Virus record (IMG/VR): IMGVR_UViG_3300005460_000001 | Location: 1 to 64,000 of that record | From: an uncultured virus (IMG/VR IMGVR_UViG_3300005460_000001) | Taxonomy: Duplodnaviria; Heunggongvirae; Uroviricota; Caudoviricetes | Direction: 5' to 3' (one strand) | DNA length: 64,000 nt | Part shown: positions 38,906 through 49,428 of the stretch, piece after piece | Layout of the letters: the number at the start of each line of letters is the position of its first letter | Numbering within the stretch: the stretch's first letter is position 1 | Position numbers and translations under genes: made by a program | The notes under the pieces: model-generated | Seen by the model: the letters and a program-made list of their open reading frames with translations, nothing else | What the model was told of the DNA's origin: nothing | The model's database searches: none

Positions 38906-39502
38906 ATGAAATTTACAGAGACAAGTGTACCGGAGAACTTTATCACAGAAGCAAAGGCTACAGGTTTGTTGTTAGAGGCAGATGATATCAAGAGATTTGC
39001 TGAGCTCTTCGTTGCCGGCGTTTCAGATGCATTGGCTGTGGTTAAAACAAAGGACACCCCAACAGCAATTGTTGTACCTAATATTAAAGGTGACCCGGTT
39101 ATGGCAGCTATTGTAGAGTACAATGATAACAGCGATGGAGAAGGACAGGGGAACTGGAACTATTATTGGACATTTGACCCGGCTGACCTTGATGGTAAAA
39201 AGCGCTATGATGTTTATGACCCACAGATGTGTGCAGTTATCAACAAGAGAGGATTCGAGATGTTCAGGGTTAAATTCCCGACGTCCGATACCTGTGCCAA
39301 GTTTGGTACAATATTCGCCAATCTGATGAGTGACCTTTTGCAAACAAATGCGAAGGAAAAAGAGGATTTCATCGTAGAGCACGAGGGGTATTTCATGGCA
39401 AGTGCGGCTGTTGAAGATGGAAAGGTGGTTAAGTCGTTCCTCCCGGATGGAGCTATGAAGCGCATCATTAAGGATGACGAAGCTACAGAGAAAGCTGCAT
39501 AA
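38906..39502 (+). CDS. hypothetical, probably highly expressed protein
   Basis: 198-aa ORF, AGGAGG RBS, GC-richer codons, hairpin downstream. Confidence 0.8.
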   Translation: MKFTETSVPENFITEAKATGLLLEADDIKRFAELFVAGVSDALAVVKTKDTPTAIVVPNIKGDPVMAAIVEYNDNSDGEGQGNWNYYWTFDPADLDGKKRYDVYDPQMCAVINKRGFEMFRVKFPTSDTCAKFGTIFANLMSDLLQTNAKEKEDFIVEHEGYFMASAAVEDGKVVKSFLPDGAMKRIIKDDEATEKAA

Positions 39503-39575
39503 TAATCTTTGATAAAAATTCGGGGAGGCATAATAAATGTCTCCCTGTTTTATTTTTAGTAAAGTGAGGCTTAAT

Positions 39576-40211
39576 ATGAATAAAGTGAAGATAAGAGATA
39601 CCATGTACGACGTAGTATCATTAGAAGAGTATATTAACAATAAGGAATTATACTTGCCTAGATATACTGCAATACATGATAAAGAAAACGGATTAGTGCT
39701 TCCGATAAAAACTCAATCGAATGAAACGGGTACTTGTATATCTGTGGAATCCGGAATGTCTTATGTGTTAAACTTACCAGAAGACACCAGCGAGTTTTCA
39801 GATAAGAATATAATTGATTTGGAAAACAACTCTTCTATAGGGGAATTGATAAAAAAGCAAGATATGGTGAGAGGGTTGGAGAGAGATATATTGATGGCAC
39901 CTGACCCTGACGATATATTCAGGCCCAAGATATTTGATGATGATGCTGGAGAAATGAAAGCATTAAAAGAGGCCGTAATTTGCAAGGGGATAGATCTTGA
40001 TAAATACGCTCCTAGATTCGGAGCAAACTTTAATAATGATAAGAGACTATTTAATAAGCCTACGATTTCATTGGCAATGCTTAAACGGATGTGTGAGGCA
40101 TTAGACATCGAAGCATCGATATCATTAAAAGATAAATCCTCAACAGTACCAAATCCAATAGGGAAGACTATAGAAGTAAAACTTACTGGTGTATCGGAGG
40201 AAGACAGTTAA
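39576..40211 (+). CDS. hypothetical protein with possible C-terminal HTH
   Basis: TISLAMLKRMCEALDIE resembles an XRE-type HTH tail; likely start at ATG 39576. Confidence 0.7.
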   Translation: MNKVKIRDTMYDVVSLEEYINNKELYLPRYTAIHDKENGLVLPIKTQSNETGTCISVESGMSYVLNLPEDTSEFSDKNIIDLENNSSIGELIKKQDMVRGLERDILMAPDPDDIFRPKIFDDDAGEMKALKEAVICKGIDLDKYAPRFGANFNNDKRLFNKPTISLAMLKRMCEALDIEASISLKDKSSTVPNPIGKTIEVKLTGVSEEDS

Positions 40212-41941
40212 TGAAAACACATTTAAATCAAGCGTCGTTTCTTAGGGAATTTTCTGACGAGTTCAGAGAGGATTTTAATCCGGCATTTTTCTATCGTTCT
40301 GATGACGATATCATTACAGAATTGCAGAAAGTTATTCTGTCTTGTCAGAGAGATAGATACTTTATGATTAAGGTAGAAAGCTTTGAGATTAAAACGGGAT
40401 ATGAGGAAATTTTAAATGAGCTCCGTAGAGACGAGTTCACAAGCAATAGAGCTAAAGACGATAAAGATAACAGATATAATTATGTAAATCTAAAGGATTC
40501 TGAGATTAAGTTATTGATAGTGAATTACTATATCAGGGTCTATGATGGGAATCCCGATAATCCTGAAAATACGAAGAGGTTACGCGTATTAATAGAAGTA
40601 CCAAGAATAGTAGACAAGTATTACTTTAAGATATTTGGTAATATATATTCTTCTATGTTTCAGGTTGTAGATGGCTCTACGTATAACAATACGTCGTCTG
40701 CAAATTCAAAGAATCAAAATGTAACCACCAAAACAGTTTTTATGGCTATACGTTTATACAGGTACAGAAAGCAACTGGATACAGTAAGTCATGGGGTTAT
40801 ACCGTGTACTTTCTTTTTATCTAGAATATTTAATAAGCCTGTGCTTATTTTTATATATTTCTTGGCTCGATTTGGCATTTACAGGACTTCTGAAATATTT
40901 AAGGTGTGGGATTTACGAGTATCCGAATCGTATGATCCTAATGATTCAGATAGAATAGTTGCAGAAAATCACGGGATTTATGTTTCTTTGCCCAAGTTTA
41001 TCTATGAGGAAGACCAAGTTGCTCAATCTTTGATGTATACCATAGTTAATTGCATTGGTAAAGATGCTAATATAAATAATATCTTTAGTACAGAATATTG
41101 GATGTCTGTACTAGGTGGACAGTTTGGGAAGAGGACAGAACGCAAAGGGCTATCCATATTGGATTCATTTGAATCGATATACGACCTTGCTACCATGTGT
41201 GATATTCATTTACCATATGAAGACAAGGATACTATTTATACTTTATTATTATGGGCGATAAGGGAATTCTCTGCATTGAGGCAAAAAGATATTTTTGACA
41301 TCGCTTTTAAGAAACTTAGGTATCCTGATTATATAGCTGCTTTGTACGCTATGAAGATGTCGAGAGGAATATTCAGAATAGCAGACTCTGGAAAGGTTAC
41401 CTTAGACCAGTTGATTAAAGCCATTAATATATATCCAGACTATCTCCTTAAACAAATCACAAAAGATAAACTGGTTAATTACCAGAATGCAGTGAATGAC
41501 CTTGACGCTATTCATGCATTAAAATTCACTTATAAGGGGGTAGCTGGAATAGGAGAAGAATCAAATAACAAAGGTTCGTCTGTACCGCCGGCATTCAGAA
41601 GGGTTCATCCGTCACATCTAGGGAGAGTTGATTTAGATACAGCGTCTCCTACAGACCCAGGGTTAACGGGTATGCTTTGCCCGTATGGCGAACTATACGG
41701 GACATCGTTATCAGATTATGAAGAGCCGAATACTTGGAGAGAGAAATCTGATGAATTGCTAAGACAATATAAGGAAATGTGTGGATTCCAAGAAGCTATG
41801 CTGTTTAAAAGAGAATTGGGATTTCCCATTGATAACAGTAGAATGGCATTATTGGACGATGCGAAAGATATGTTTAAGTCTCTAATGGAACCAGTTGTTG
41901 TTATTGAAAATGAATTGACAAGAGGAATGTTGTATTTTTAG
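40211..41941 (+). CDS. rpoB: multisubunit RNA polymerase beta subunit, N-terminal part (split)
   Basis: VPR..D.YFKIFGN and RRVHPSHLGRVDLDTASPTDPGL (beta 'RDVHPSHYGRxC..TPE..NxGL' region). Confidence 0.85.
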   Translation: MKTHLNQASFLREFSDEFREDFNPAFFYRSDDDIITELQKVILSCQRDRYFMIKVESFEIKTGYEEILNELRRDEFTSNRAKDDKDNRYNYVNLKDSEIKLLIVNYYIRVYDGNPDNPENTKRLRVLIEVPRIVDKYYFKIFGNIYSSMFQVVDGSTYNNTSSANSKNQNVTTKTVFMAIRLYRYRKQLDTVSHGVIPCTFFLSRIFNKPVLIFIYFLARFGIYRTSEIFKVWDLRVSESYDPNDSDRIVAENHGIYVSLPKFIYEEDQVAQSLMYTIVNCIGKDANINNIFSTEYWMSVLGGQFGKRTERKGLSILDSFESIYDLATMCDIHLPYEDKDTIYTLLLWAIREFSALRQKDIFDIAFKKLRYPDYIAALYAMKMSRGIFRIADSGKVTLDQLIKAINIYPDYLLKQITKDKLVNYQNAVNDLDAIHALKFTYKGVAGIGEESNNKGSSVPPAFRRVHPSHLGRVDLDTASPTDPGLTGMLCPYGELYGTSLSDYEEPNTWREKSDELLRQYKEMCGFQEAMLFKRELGFPIDNSRMALLDDAKDMFKSLMEPVVVIENELTRGMLYF

Positions 41942-41983
41942 TACATTCTATTAACCACTAAAATCGGATGGAGGAGTACTGAA

Positions 41984-42238
41984 ATGGCAAACGAGTCAAA
42001 GAAGACTTACAGATACTTTTTGTATTCTAGAGAACAATATCAACAACGATTAGAGATAGAGAAGACTATTGGAAGGGTTTTCAACCCGGGTAAAGTATTA
42101 TCCAATGGGTCATGGAAACCCTTTACTGATATATCTTCGTTACCAAGTAATTCCTTTGCAGATTCAAAAATTGTTGCTGAAGGGTATATAGAGGACATGA
42201 AATATACCAACCATAATAGTCAGTGGGAGGTAATCTAA
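41984..42238 (+). CDS. hypothetical protein
   Basis: 84-aa ORF, GGAGG RBS. Confidence 0.75.
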   Translation: MANESKKTYRYFLYSREQYQQRLEIEKTIGRVFNPGKVLSNGSWKPFTDISSLPSNSFADSKIVAEGYIEDMKYTNHNSQWEVI

Positions 42239-42239
42239 T

Positions 42240-42521
42240 ATGCTCAAAAGAGGAATGATTTATTTAGACGCTAATCAGTGTCCAAACTGTGGAGGAAAGC
42301 TACACTTGGTAAGTGTAGAAAAAAGCATTTCAAATCTTAGCAAGGATGGTATACCCGTTATAGATAGAAATATCGATGATGAAATAGAGATATGGCTGTC
42401 ATGTAAAAAATGTAAAACTTTGTATGATGTGGAAAAAAATGGTCTTTACTTTGGAATTAAAAGAGACCTGCCGGTTATTGAAAAGGATATTGATGATTTT
42501 AATCCGTTTTTAATAAATTAG
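42240..42521 (+). CDS. small Zn-ribbon protein with N-terminal RGMIY
   Basis: CPNC...CKKC; GGAGGT RBS. Confidence 0.75.
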   Translation: MLKRGMIYLDANQCPNCGGKLHLVSVEKSISNLSKDGIPVIDRNIDDEIEIWLSCKKCKTLYDVEKNGLYFGIKRDLPVIEKDIDDFNPFLIN

Positions 42522-42530
42522 AGGTGTATT

Positions 42531-43349
42531 GTGGAAACTTACGAAATCAATAGTAAATTTACGGTGGGACAAATCCAAAATACGGCTTTCAATGTACTAA
42601 TGGCGTACTCTTCATGTTTGATTGCAGTTGGGTGCGCCAATGAAAAGATTAAGCTTATAGAAAGCCGAAAAACAATGGATCCAAAACTGATATCTATAGC
42701 ATTTGGAGATAATTCACCTGACTTGTTCGAGTACCCAGGGGAAATCGGAAAGTTTGTAGATAAAATTCCTCTTCTAATTGATGAATTTGCGAAATCTTAT
42801 AATTTATCATTGGGAGAGGATATTACGATTTTCATATCTACTGCTGCTGAAAAAAATCCATATTGGAACTCGTTGTTTGATGAAGACATGGAGAATGGAG
42901 ACGAACAGCATCAAAAATCCAATACGAGCATCATAACAGAAAAGCAAAAATACATGGATAGATATGAGAGTATAAAAAATCCAGATAATGCCATACAGAT
43001 TTTTAAGTTTAAGGATCTAATGCACAGATTTCATTCTTTTATGAATGATGAATACGAAAGGATATTTTTGGTTCAATTCGTATGTAAAAATGATTATATT
43101 GGAGTCCCGTCTCACATCATGATATGCGTAGACAAAGTAATAATGTTTCCAACTGCATACATGGGATTTTCAATGTATAGACCAGACTTAGAAGGGTGTC
43201 CATTTATGAGAGAACCAGAAGTCGTGACGTATAAAGAAGATATATTATATACGTTTAAAGACTATTGCGAATTGGCTAAAAACACTTGTAGGAAAATTAC
43301 AAATAATAATTTTGGTATATTTTATTATGCGGAGGAGAAAGATGTTTAA
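42531..43349 (+). CDS. hypothetical protein
   Basis: 272-aa ORF, GAGGTG RBS, GTG start. Confidence 0.75.
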   Translation: METYEINSKFTVGQIQNTAFNVLMAYSSCLIAVGCANEKIKLIESRKTMDPKLISIAFGDNSPDLFEYPGEIGKFVDKIPLLIDEFAKSYNLSLGEDITIFISTAAEKNPYWNSLFDEDMENGDEQHQKSNTSIITEKQKYMDRYESIKNPDNAIQIFKFKDLMHRFHSFMNDEYERIFLVQFVCKNDYIGVPSHIMICVDKVIMFPTAYMGFSMYRPDLEGCPFMREPEVVTYKEDILYTFKDYCELAKNTCRKITNNNFGIFYYAEEKDV

Positions 43350-44049
43350 TAAAGTAGTTTTAGATATATTGAATTTATTTAGCGCTGAGCCAGCTGCTGT
43401 GGCTAGTCAGATGCCTAGTATGGAAGTCGGAATGATAGCTAAGGCGTATTTTGGCATTGACCCCAAATCATTGGTGAGGGGTTTGGTTTTATACCCAACA
43501 CCTGAGATAAAAATGATTATAGCGGTTCATAATAATTCAAGTATAGAAAAGATTATGAACGATGTTATCATTTCTAATGGGGTATTTGCTGTAGCTTTTG
43601 TTATACCGTATAACCGCATTGAGACTACTGACGGTAATGCGATCAATGCAGCAAGATTAATTTCAGCTATTGTGACTTCATATGTAGAAATTATCTCTTA
43701 TAGTAAGAGAGTTTTGCTGGAGCAATTCGACGGGGGGAAAGCCGCATTGATCCTGTATCAAGCGGTCCCGGTGTTAGTTACTGAAATTATGCGTAAATTA
43801 TACGTGGGTCCAACTCTCCCATCTGTAATAGCTTCAACCTTAAGATTAGATACTAATAAGTATAGTATAATAACAGAGCAATGGATTGAAACTATTATAT
43901 CTATACTCGAAGACGATAATTCTGTAGAGGATTTGTTAGATAATGGATTTATCTGTGCTATCCCTCCAAATTCTAAAACATATCCCGGTCTATGGCCAAC
44001 GTTTGAAATTGCTTCCAAAGAGGAGGAGGAAGAAACTTCAAATGATTAG
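43312..44049 (+). CDS. hypothetical protein
   Basis: ORF; true start probably ATG 43342 after GGAGG. Confidence 0.75.
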   Translation: MVYFIMRRRKMFNKVVLDILNLFSAEPAAVASQMPSMEVGMIAKAYFGIDPKSLVRGLVLYPTPEIKMIIAVHNNSSIEKIMNDVIISNGVFAVAFVIPYNRIETTDGNAINAARLISAIVTSYVEIISYSKRVLLEQFDGGKAALILYQAVPVLVTEIMRKLYVGPTLPSVIASTLRLDTNKYSIITEQWIETIISILEDDNSVEDLLDNGFICAIPPNSKTYPGLWPTFEIASKEEEEETSND

Positions 44050-44332
44050 AGGAATGACTTATCTTAGAGAAGATACATGCCCGTCTTGTATGATGGAAAG
44101 AGCTTTAGATATATATGATGAACATGATAAAAGAGCGTATTTTCAAGTAATGCTGGATCAAAGCAAGACTGACAAATTACTTTCTAGAAGGTTTTATTAT
44201 TTTAAATGCAGTAATTGTGGAAAAACCTTTGACATAGATTGGTCTGGTTCTTCTAGAATCCCCATACCACTTAACGATAAAAAGAAGAAAGCATTTTTAC
44301 GAGAATATGCAGCTACGGGAAATCTCCTGTAG
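44042..44332 (+). CDS. small Zn-ribbon protein with N-terminal RGMTY
   Basis: CPSC...CSNC; ATG at 44042 after GAGGAGG. Confidence 0.75.
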   Translation: MIRGMTYLREDTCPSCMMERALDIYDEHDKRAYFQVMLDQSKTDKLLSRRFYYFKCSNCGKTFDIDWSGSSRIPIPLNDKKKKAFLREYAATGNLL

Positions 44333-44392
44333 CTGTTATTTTTTATAATTAAGAAGACATTCATATAAAATGACGTATAGGAGGAATTAAAA

Positions 44393-44926
44393 ATGGTTTT
44401 GATTTTGGGGATATTTATAGTTTATGCGATTGTACAATGTATAGTTAATAATATATACGGGTATAAATGTAATAATATAGCACGGCGTTTGAGTACGCTA
44501 AATCGTCTTTTAGTTAGCATTATGATTACCATTATTATTTTAATATTGTTTTTGACTATCTGTAATGATAAAATAGAGGTGTCTTACTATAATTATCGTG
44601 AATCATACTATCTTAAGAATATGAACGATAAAGAAGCAGAGGAACCGATTTATTATAAGCACGATAAAGGTAATTACACAGTATACGCACTAAATGGGGA
44701 CGAGGAAAGAGAAATAACGATACCCGCAGAAAATGTAAGTATAACTCATGATAATAATTGTGAACCGTATATTACTATTGAAGGCTTTAAAATAGAATAC
44801 CCAGAATTAGGTAATATTTTACTTGGGAGGGAAGAAGATCAAGATGTGATATCGGGAGTAAAACTAGTCATACCATATGAAAATAATGACTATTTTAAAT
44901 ACAGAAACGAAACTAATATTTATTAA
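44393..44926 (+). CDS. membrane protein (2 N-terminal TM segments)
   Basis: hydrophobic stretches MVLILGIFIVYAIVQC and LLVSIMITIIILILFLTIC. Confidence 0.75.
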   Translation: MVLILGIFIVYAIVQCIVNNIYGYKCNNIARRLSTLNRLLVSIMITIIILILFLTICNDKIEVSYYNYRESYYLKNMNDKEAEEPIYYKHDKGNYTVYALNGDEEREITIPAENVSITHDNNCEPYITIEGFKIEYPELGNILLGREEDQDVISGVKLVIPYENNDYFKYRNETNIY

Positions 44927-44944
44927 AAATAAGGAGAAGATAAA

Positions 44945-45388
44945 ATGAAATTAAAAAAATTCAAAATGACAACTAAAATTAACAAATCAGTACAGGCTCT
45001 TTTAGATTACGAAAGAATCCCTGTTGTGAAAATATTGTCAGATAAGGACTTTGTCAATAAATATCCGCAGCTTAAAGGAATAAAATTTGGAAGAGATACA
45101 GTCGGGTTTGTTTATACTAAAGGGGATGATGTAGTTGCTATTTTATTAGCAAAAACAAAAAGATATAATATGAGAAGTGTACATAAGATTCGAGTATTTG
45201 AAGGTTATAAAGACAAAGACCTTGAACTCGGACTTATTCATACCGCAGTGATAAATTTAGACTGTGCGTATGCAATACAAAAATCCAAAGATAGCAAAGT
45301 AATAGAAGCATTTGAAGAATATGGATTTACAATTATAGAGAGTTATGGAGATAGGGTATTATTGAGTGCTACTAAACTAATATGGTAA
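44945..45388 (+). CDS. hypothetical protein, possible degenerate GNAT fold
   Basis: IRVFEGYKDKDL..GLI...FEEYGF resembles GNAT motifs A and B. Confidence 0.6.
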   Translation: MKLKKFKMTTKINKSVQALLDYERIPVVKILSDKDFVNKYPQLKGIKFGRDTVGFVYTKGDDVVAILLAKTKRYNMRSVHKIRVFEGYKDKDLELGLIHTAVINLDCAYAIQKSKDSKVIEAFEEYGFTIIESYGDRVLLSATKLIW

Positions 45389-45400
45389 GGAGATAATAAT

Positions 45401-48121
45401 ATGAGACTAAAGAGTGCAACACTACATGGTTTATGGGGGGTTTATAGTGCATCTGGAAAAAAGGAGATTCATATAGACTTCACAAAATGTATGCATAATA
45501 TCATTTTAATAGTAGGAAAGAATGGTTCCGGTAAGACTACTATATGGGAAGCCCTGCAACCGATACCATTGCCATCATCTAAGTTTATAGACAAAGAGCC
45601 TGGATTTGTTCATTTGGAGTATTTCTATGAGGACTTAATATATAAGATAAGGATAGAATATCCAATCACCAATTCTAGAGATAGAGCTCAAACAAAAGCA
45701 TTTATATCTAGAATTTCTGATAATGATTCAGTAGAACTAAACCCAAATGGAAATATCAATTCCTATAAATCTATTCTATATTCCGAATTCAATTTGGACC
45801 CGTCATTCGTTTCGTTATCGCAGATTTCTCAAGAGGACATGGGAATAGTGAATAAGAAACCATCGGAAAGAAAAAAATATGTATCTAGTATAACTGATAA
45901 TATTGAAGTATACAATGATATATATAAATCTTTAGTAAAGAGATCTAGTATTTTCAGATCAATGATTAACTCTATAACGGCCAAGATGGATACTATAGGG
46001 AACCAAGAAAACCTTGTGACTAATTTAACTGCAAAGGAAGTATTGTTAGACAGGTTAGTTACTGAGAGAGAATTCTTAACAAGAAGAAAGATTGAGCTTG
46101 AAAAGGATATAGCTACTATAGATCCAGATAAAAAAATCCAAGAACAATTTCAACAATTAACTGCTCAGATATTAGAAGTTAAAAAGAAAATAGATGATAA
46201 GGAAGTTTTCATTAGCTCTATAAGAAATAGACATGGTACTGATAATCCCGAGGAGTTAAGAGAAAAAGTTTCAAAACTTGGAGAAAAGTTAATTGTAACC
46301 GAGGTTAAAATTAAAGAATTTGAAGATCAGATGCGTAAAATGCATGAACAGAAGAATTCTTTAAGAGTAAGGGCTGTTGAAAAATCAGAAAAGGTAAGAG
46401 CTATGCGTTCTGAATATAATTATGAGCAGCTCAAAGAGGAAATTCAACATACTTTTACAGCGATACGAGAATGCAAAAATCTGATGAGAATGATGGGGTT
46501 TTCCGATACTTCATCTATTATTACTAAGGATGAATTCGTTACAGGAGTGAATGTCTTATCGGTTGTTAAAGATAAGATAAACCTTGTTAAAAGCGATGCA
46601 TCAAATGAAAAGGTGTTACGGTTTGCATTAGATTCTTGTAATAGAGTATCGACGACTGAAGCAGAGATAAATGATTTAAGAGTTTCATTAGAAACTGTAA
46701 GTAATTTGATATTAGTCACCACTCAAAAAATAGAGGATTATAAAAAATATAAAGCCATAGCGGATAAGTTGGTCCATAGGCCGTCTAAATGCACAATAGA
46801 TAAATGCTTCTTTATAGAAGATGCGGTAGAGGCGTCTACTAAGATTTCTAAATCTGATTTATTAGAATCAGAAAGGCTTTTAGGGGTATATAAAGCCGAG
46901 AAAGACGAATACACTAAGGATTTAGAGTTTTTAGTAGAACAACTGAAACTTGAGCATAAAATAAATGGCATTATAGAATATATTCAAAGCAATTCTTCTA
47001 TCTTATCTAAATTTCCTACGTGTGATTCTCTGCTGGATTTAGAAATCTTTTTAGAGGAATTTTGTAATTCTTTATTTATAGATAAGATATCTGAACTGGT
47101 TAATAGCATGAATCGGGCTAATGTTTTTGAGAATTATAAATCTCTTTCTTCTAGATTGGCAGATCTAGAGAGAGATGAAAAAATCTATGCAGACAAAGAA
47201 AAAACAATTGCGCTAATAGAAAATGATATAAGGGAATTAGACAAAGAGTCGGACGAGATAGTGCTGGCTATAGATAGAGTCAATACTCAATTATTAACTC
47301 ATAAAAACCTGCTAGACAGATATGTATCGGAGAAAAAAGATTTAGAGAATGCTATTTCGATAACTACAACATACAGCGAAGAGTGCAGGAATCTTAATGT
47401 ATTAGATGCAGGTGTATCTCAGATTGCAAACAATATCAAGGCTATAGAAGAATATGTTAATGGGATAAATGAAATAAATTCTCGATTGTCTGCTATTGAA
47501 TCTGATATGAAACCCATAAGTGCTGAAAAAGAACAATTGAGATTTTCTTTAAAGCAGCTTGAAGAATATAAGAGTGAATTATCTTTGTATACTGAAAAAT
47601 ACAATACCGTAGAGATAATCAAGAAATACTCATCTCCAACAAAAGGTGGCATTCAGACTTTATTCATGCAGCTATATATGGGCAAGACTATTTCTATGAC
47701 CAATGAATTATTAGCTACATTGTTTGATGGGAGAATGGAGTTAGAACCTTATATTATTAATGATACGGAGTTTAGAATTCCTTGTATAAATAAAGAATCT
47801 AATGTATATCATGATGATATAAGTTCATGTTCATCTGCTGAGAGGGCTATGATATCCATGATGATAGGGTTCTCATTGTTGTACCATAGTTCAACTATGT
47901 ACAATATCCTTAGGATGGATGAAATAGACGGGGCGTTAGACCAGGATAATCGAAGCAGCTTCATCGGATTACTAAATTCTTTTATGAATAAATTCGGTAT
48001 TGAACAATGCATAATGATTTCTCATTCTTCAGAAATTAATATGGGGGAAGCAGACGTTATTCAATTAATTCCAGTAGCTGGTGCTCAGAATAGCGGTAAT
48101 ATCATATTTACGTATGAATAA
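45401..48121 (+). CDS. sbcC: SbcC/Rad50-like ABC ATPase
   Basis: GKNGSGKT Walker A; long coiled coils with a central C..C hook; CSSAE signature, MDEIDGALD and ISH. Confidence 0.9.
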   Translation: MRLKSATLHGLWGVYSASGKKEIHIDFTKCMHNIILIVGKNGSGKTTIWEALQPIPLPSSKFIDKEPGFVHLEYFYEDLIYKIRIEYPITNSRDRAQTKAFISRISDNDSVELNPNGNINSYKSILYSEFNLDPSFVSLSQISQEDMGIVNKKPSERKKYVSSITDNIEVYNDIYKSLVKRSSIFRSMINSITAKMDTIGNQENLVTNLTAKEVLLDRLVTEREFLTRRKIELEKDIATIDPDKKIQEQFQQLTAQILEVKKKIDDKEVFISSIRNRHGTDNPEELREKVSKLGEKLIVTEVKIKEFEDQMRKMHEQKNSLRVRAVEKSEKVRAMRSEYNYEQLKEEIQHTFTAIRECKNLMRMMGFSDTSSIITKDEFVTGVNVLSVVKDKINLVKSDASNEKVLRFALDSCNRVSTTEAEINDLRVSLETVSNLILVTTQKIEDYKKYKAIADKLVHRPSKCTIDKCFFIEDAVEASTKISKSDLLESERLLGVYKAEKDEYTKDLEFLVEQLKLEHKINGIIEYIQSNSSILSKFPTCDSLLDLEIFLEEFCNSLFIDKISELVNSMNRANVFENYKSLSSRLADLERDEKIYADKEKTIALIENDIRELDKESDEIVLAIDRVNTQLLTHKNLLDRYVSEKKDLENAISITTTYSEECRNLNVLDAGVSQIANNIKAIEEYVNGINEINSRLSAIESDMKPISAEKEQLRFSLKQLEEYKSELSLYTEKYNTVEIIKKYSSPTKGGIQTLFMQLYMGKTISMTNELLATLFDGRMELEPYIINDTEFRIPCINKESNVYHDDISSCSSAERAMISMMIGFSLLYHSSTMYNILRMDEIDGALDQDNRSSFIGLLNSFMNKFGIEQCIMISHSSEINMGEADVIQLIPVAGAQNSGNIIFTYE

Positions 48122-48132
48122 AACAAAAAGTT

Positions 48133-48169
48133 TGGACTAGGCTAAGCAAGCCTAGTCCATTTCTTTTTT
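48133..48169. terminator. terminator between convergent genes
   Basis: TGGACTAGGCT-aagca-AGCCTAGTCCA flanked by A and T tracts. Confidence 0.7.
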
Positions 48170-48229
48170 GTTGTGGTTTTAGATTTGACGCTGCCATATT
48201 GTACAAGGCTTATTAATAAGTTGTATAAT

Positions 48230-49264
48230 TTAATATTCATTTAATATAGAAGTGTCATTACCAACTGTGATGATTGGATAAGATTCTCCAATATTAGTAT
48301 TGGTTGCAATTCCTGCAGAGAAATCAGGATGGGTATCTTCTAAGAAAGATGCATCTAATCTGTCTATCTCTGGGTGCGATTGTCCTGTAGTGACGTCTAT
48401 TACATCAAAATATGCCTGTCCCGTTGCCTTATTATATACGTATACCTGTTGTATATTTGGGTTAGCATCAGCCATCATTAAGTTTTGAGCAGGAGTTCTA
48501 TTGGATATATAGTTTTGATAACCTGTACTATCCGTATCGCTAGTTCCTGTGACTATATTTGGGATGGTTTGATTTGGTGAACCAGCATATGTCATCTCTA
48601 GTGTAGACGGACCAACTAATCCAGCCGTGCTTATGCCAGTTTGTCCTCCGACCGGAGTTGAAATGAGTGCATTATACATATCCATGATCGTCTTATCGTC
48701 GTCTTGATTGTCAAGCATCTTCATTTCTTTAGATCTCTTGAATTCCATTTCATTACATTTAGTGATGGTACTATTCAATTCCCTGGCTGCTGTTATTTTT
48801 TGATTTATAAAACTGCTGATATTACCCTGTAAGAATGATATTAATTGATATTTATTTCTTATTTGCTTAGCTTTTCTAAGATCATCTAAATCGCTTTTCA
48901 ATTCAGCAAGTCCTATATCTAATTGTGCTATTGCAGTTTTGAGAATTGCATCAGTTTCAGTATATTGTTCTTTATACGGGGCATTTGCATCTGCATCTTT
49001 AGGAACAATACCGGTAGTATTTATTTGATTAGAAGACTTTCTTTTCTTTTTTGATGGTTCTTCTTCTGTTATGGATAATGGTACAGATAGGTCATTTCCT
49101 ATTAAATTACTGAAATCCATATTGAATCCCTCTAAAGAAATATCTTCTTGTTTAGACTCTGTAACTGCTTGAACGGACTGTTTTTGTTTAGATTGCTTTT
49201 TTGATGCAAATCTTTTTCCTATATCTGGAATTGGTTCGTATGTCATCGCTCTTATAAGTTCCAT
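48230..49264 (-). CDS. hypothetical coiled-coil protein
   Basis: likely start at ATG 49264 (MELIRAMTYEP) after AAGGAGGT. Confidence 0.8.
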   Translation of the reverse strand: MELIRAMTYEPIPDIGKRFASKKQSKQKQSVQAVTESKQEDISLEGFNMDFSNLIGNDLSVPLSITEEEPSKKKRKSSNQINTTGIVPKDADANAPYKEQYTETDAILKTAIAQLDIGLAELKSDLDDLRKAKQIRNKYQLISFLQGNISSFINQKITAARELNSTITKCNEMEFKRSKEMKMLDNQDDDKTIMDMYNALISTPVGGQTGISTAGLVGPSTLEMTYAGSPNQTIPNIVTGTSDTDSTGYQNYISNRTPAQNLMMADANPNIQQVYVYNKATGQAYFDVIDVTTGQSHPEIDRLDASFLEDTHPDFSAGIATNTNIGESYPIITVGNDTSILNEY

Positions 49265-49428
49265 TTTGATAACCTCCTTAATATGATTTATTTGTATGTA
49301 AAAAGGCTCAAGTTGCAATTATACATTTTCTAAAACATTATTATAATGCATAATTGTGCCTGTTTAGGTGCAATTAGAGATTTGTTAATATATTATATAT
49401 AAAATAAGAGAAAGGATTATAAATTACT

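Noticed and set aside
39023..39640. 205-aa antisense ORF and other short shadow ORFs opposite real genes
   Set aside because: They are antisense to well-supported, codon-biased genes and lack RBSs, as expected for shadow frames.
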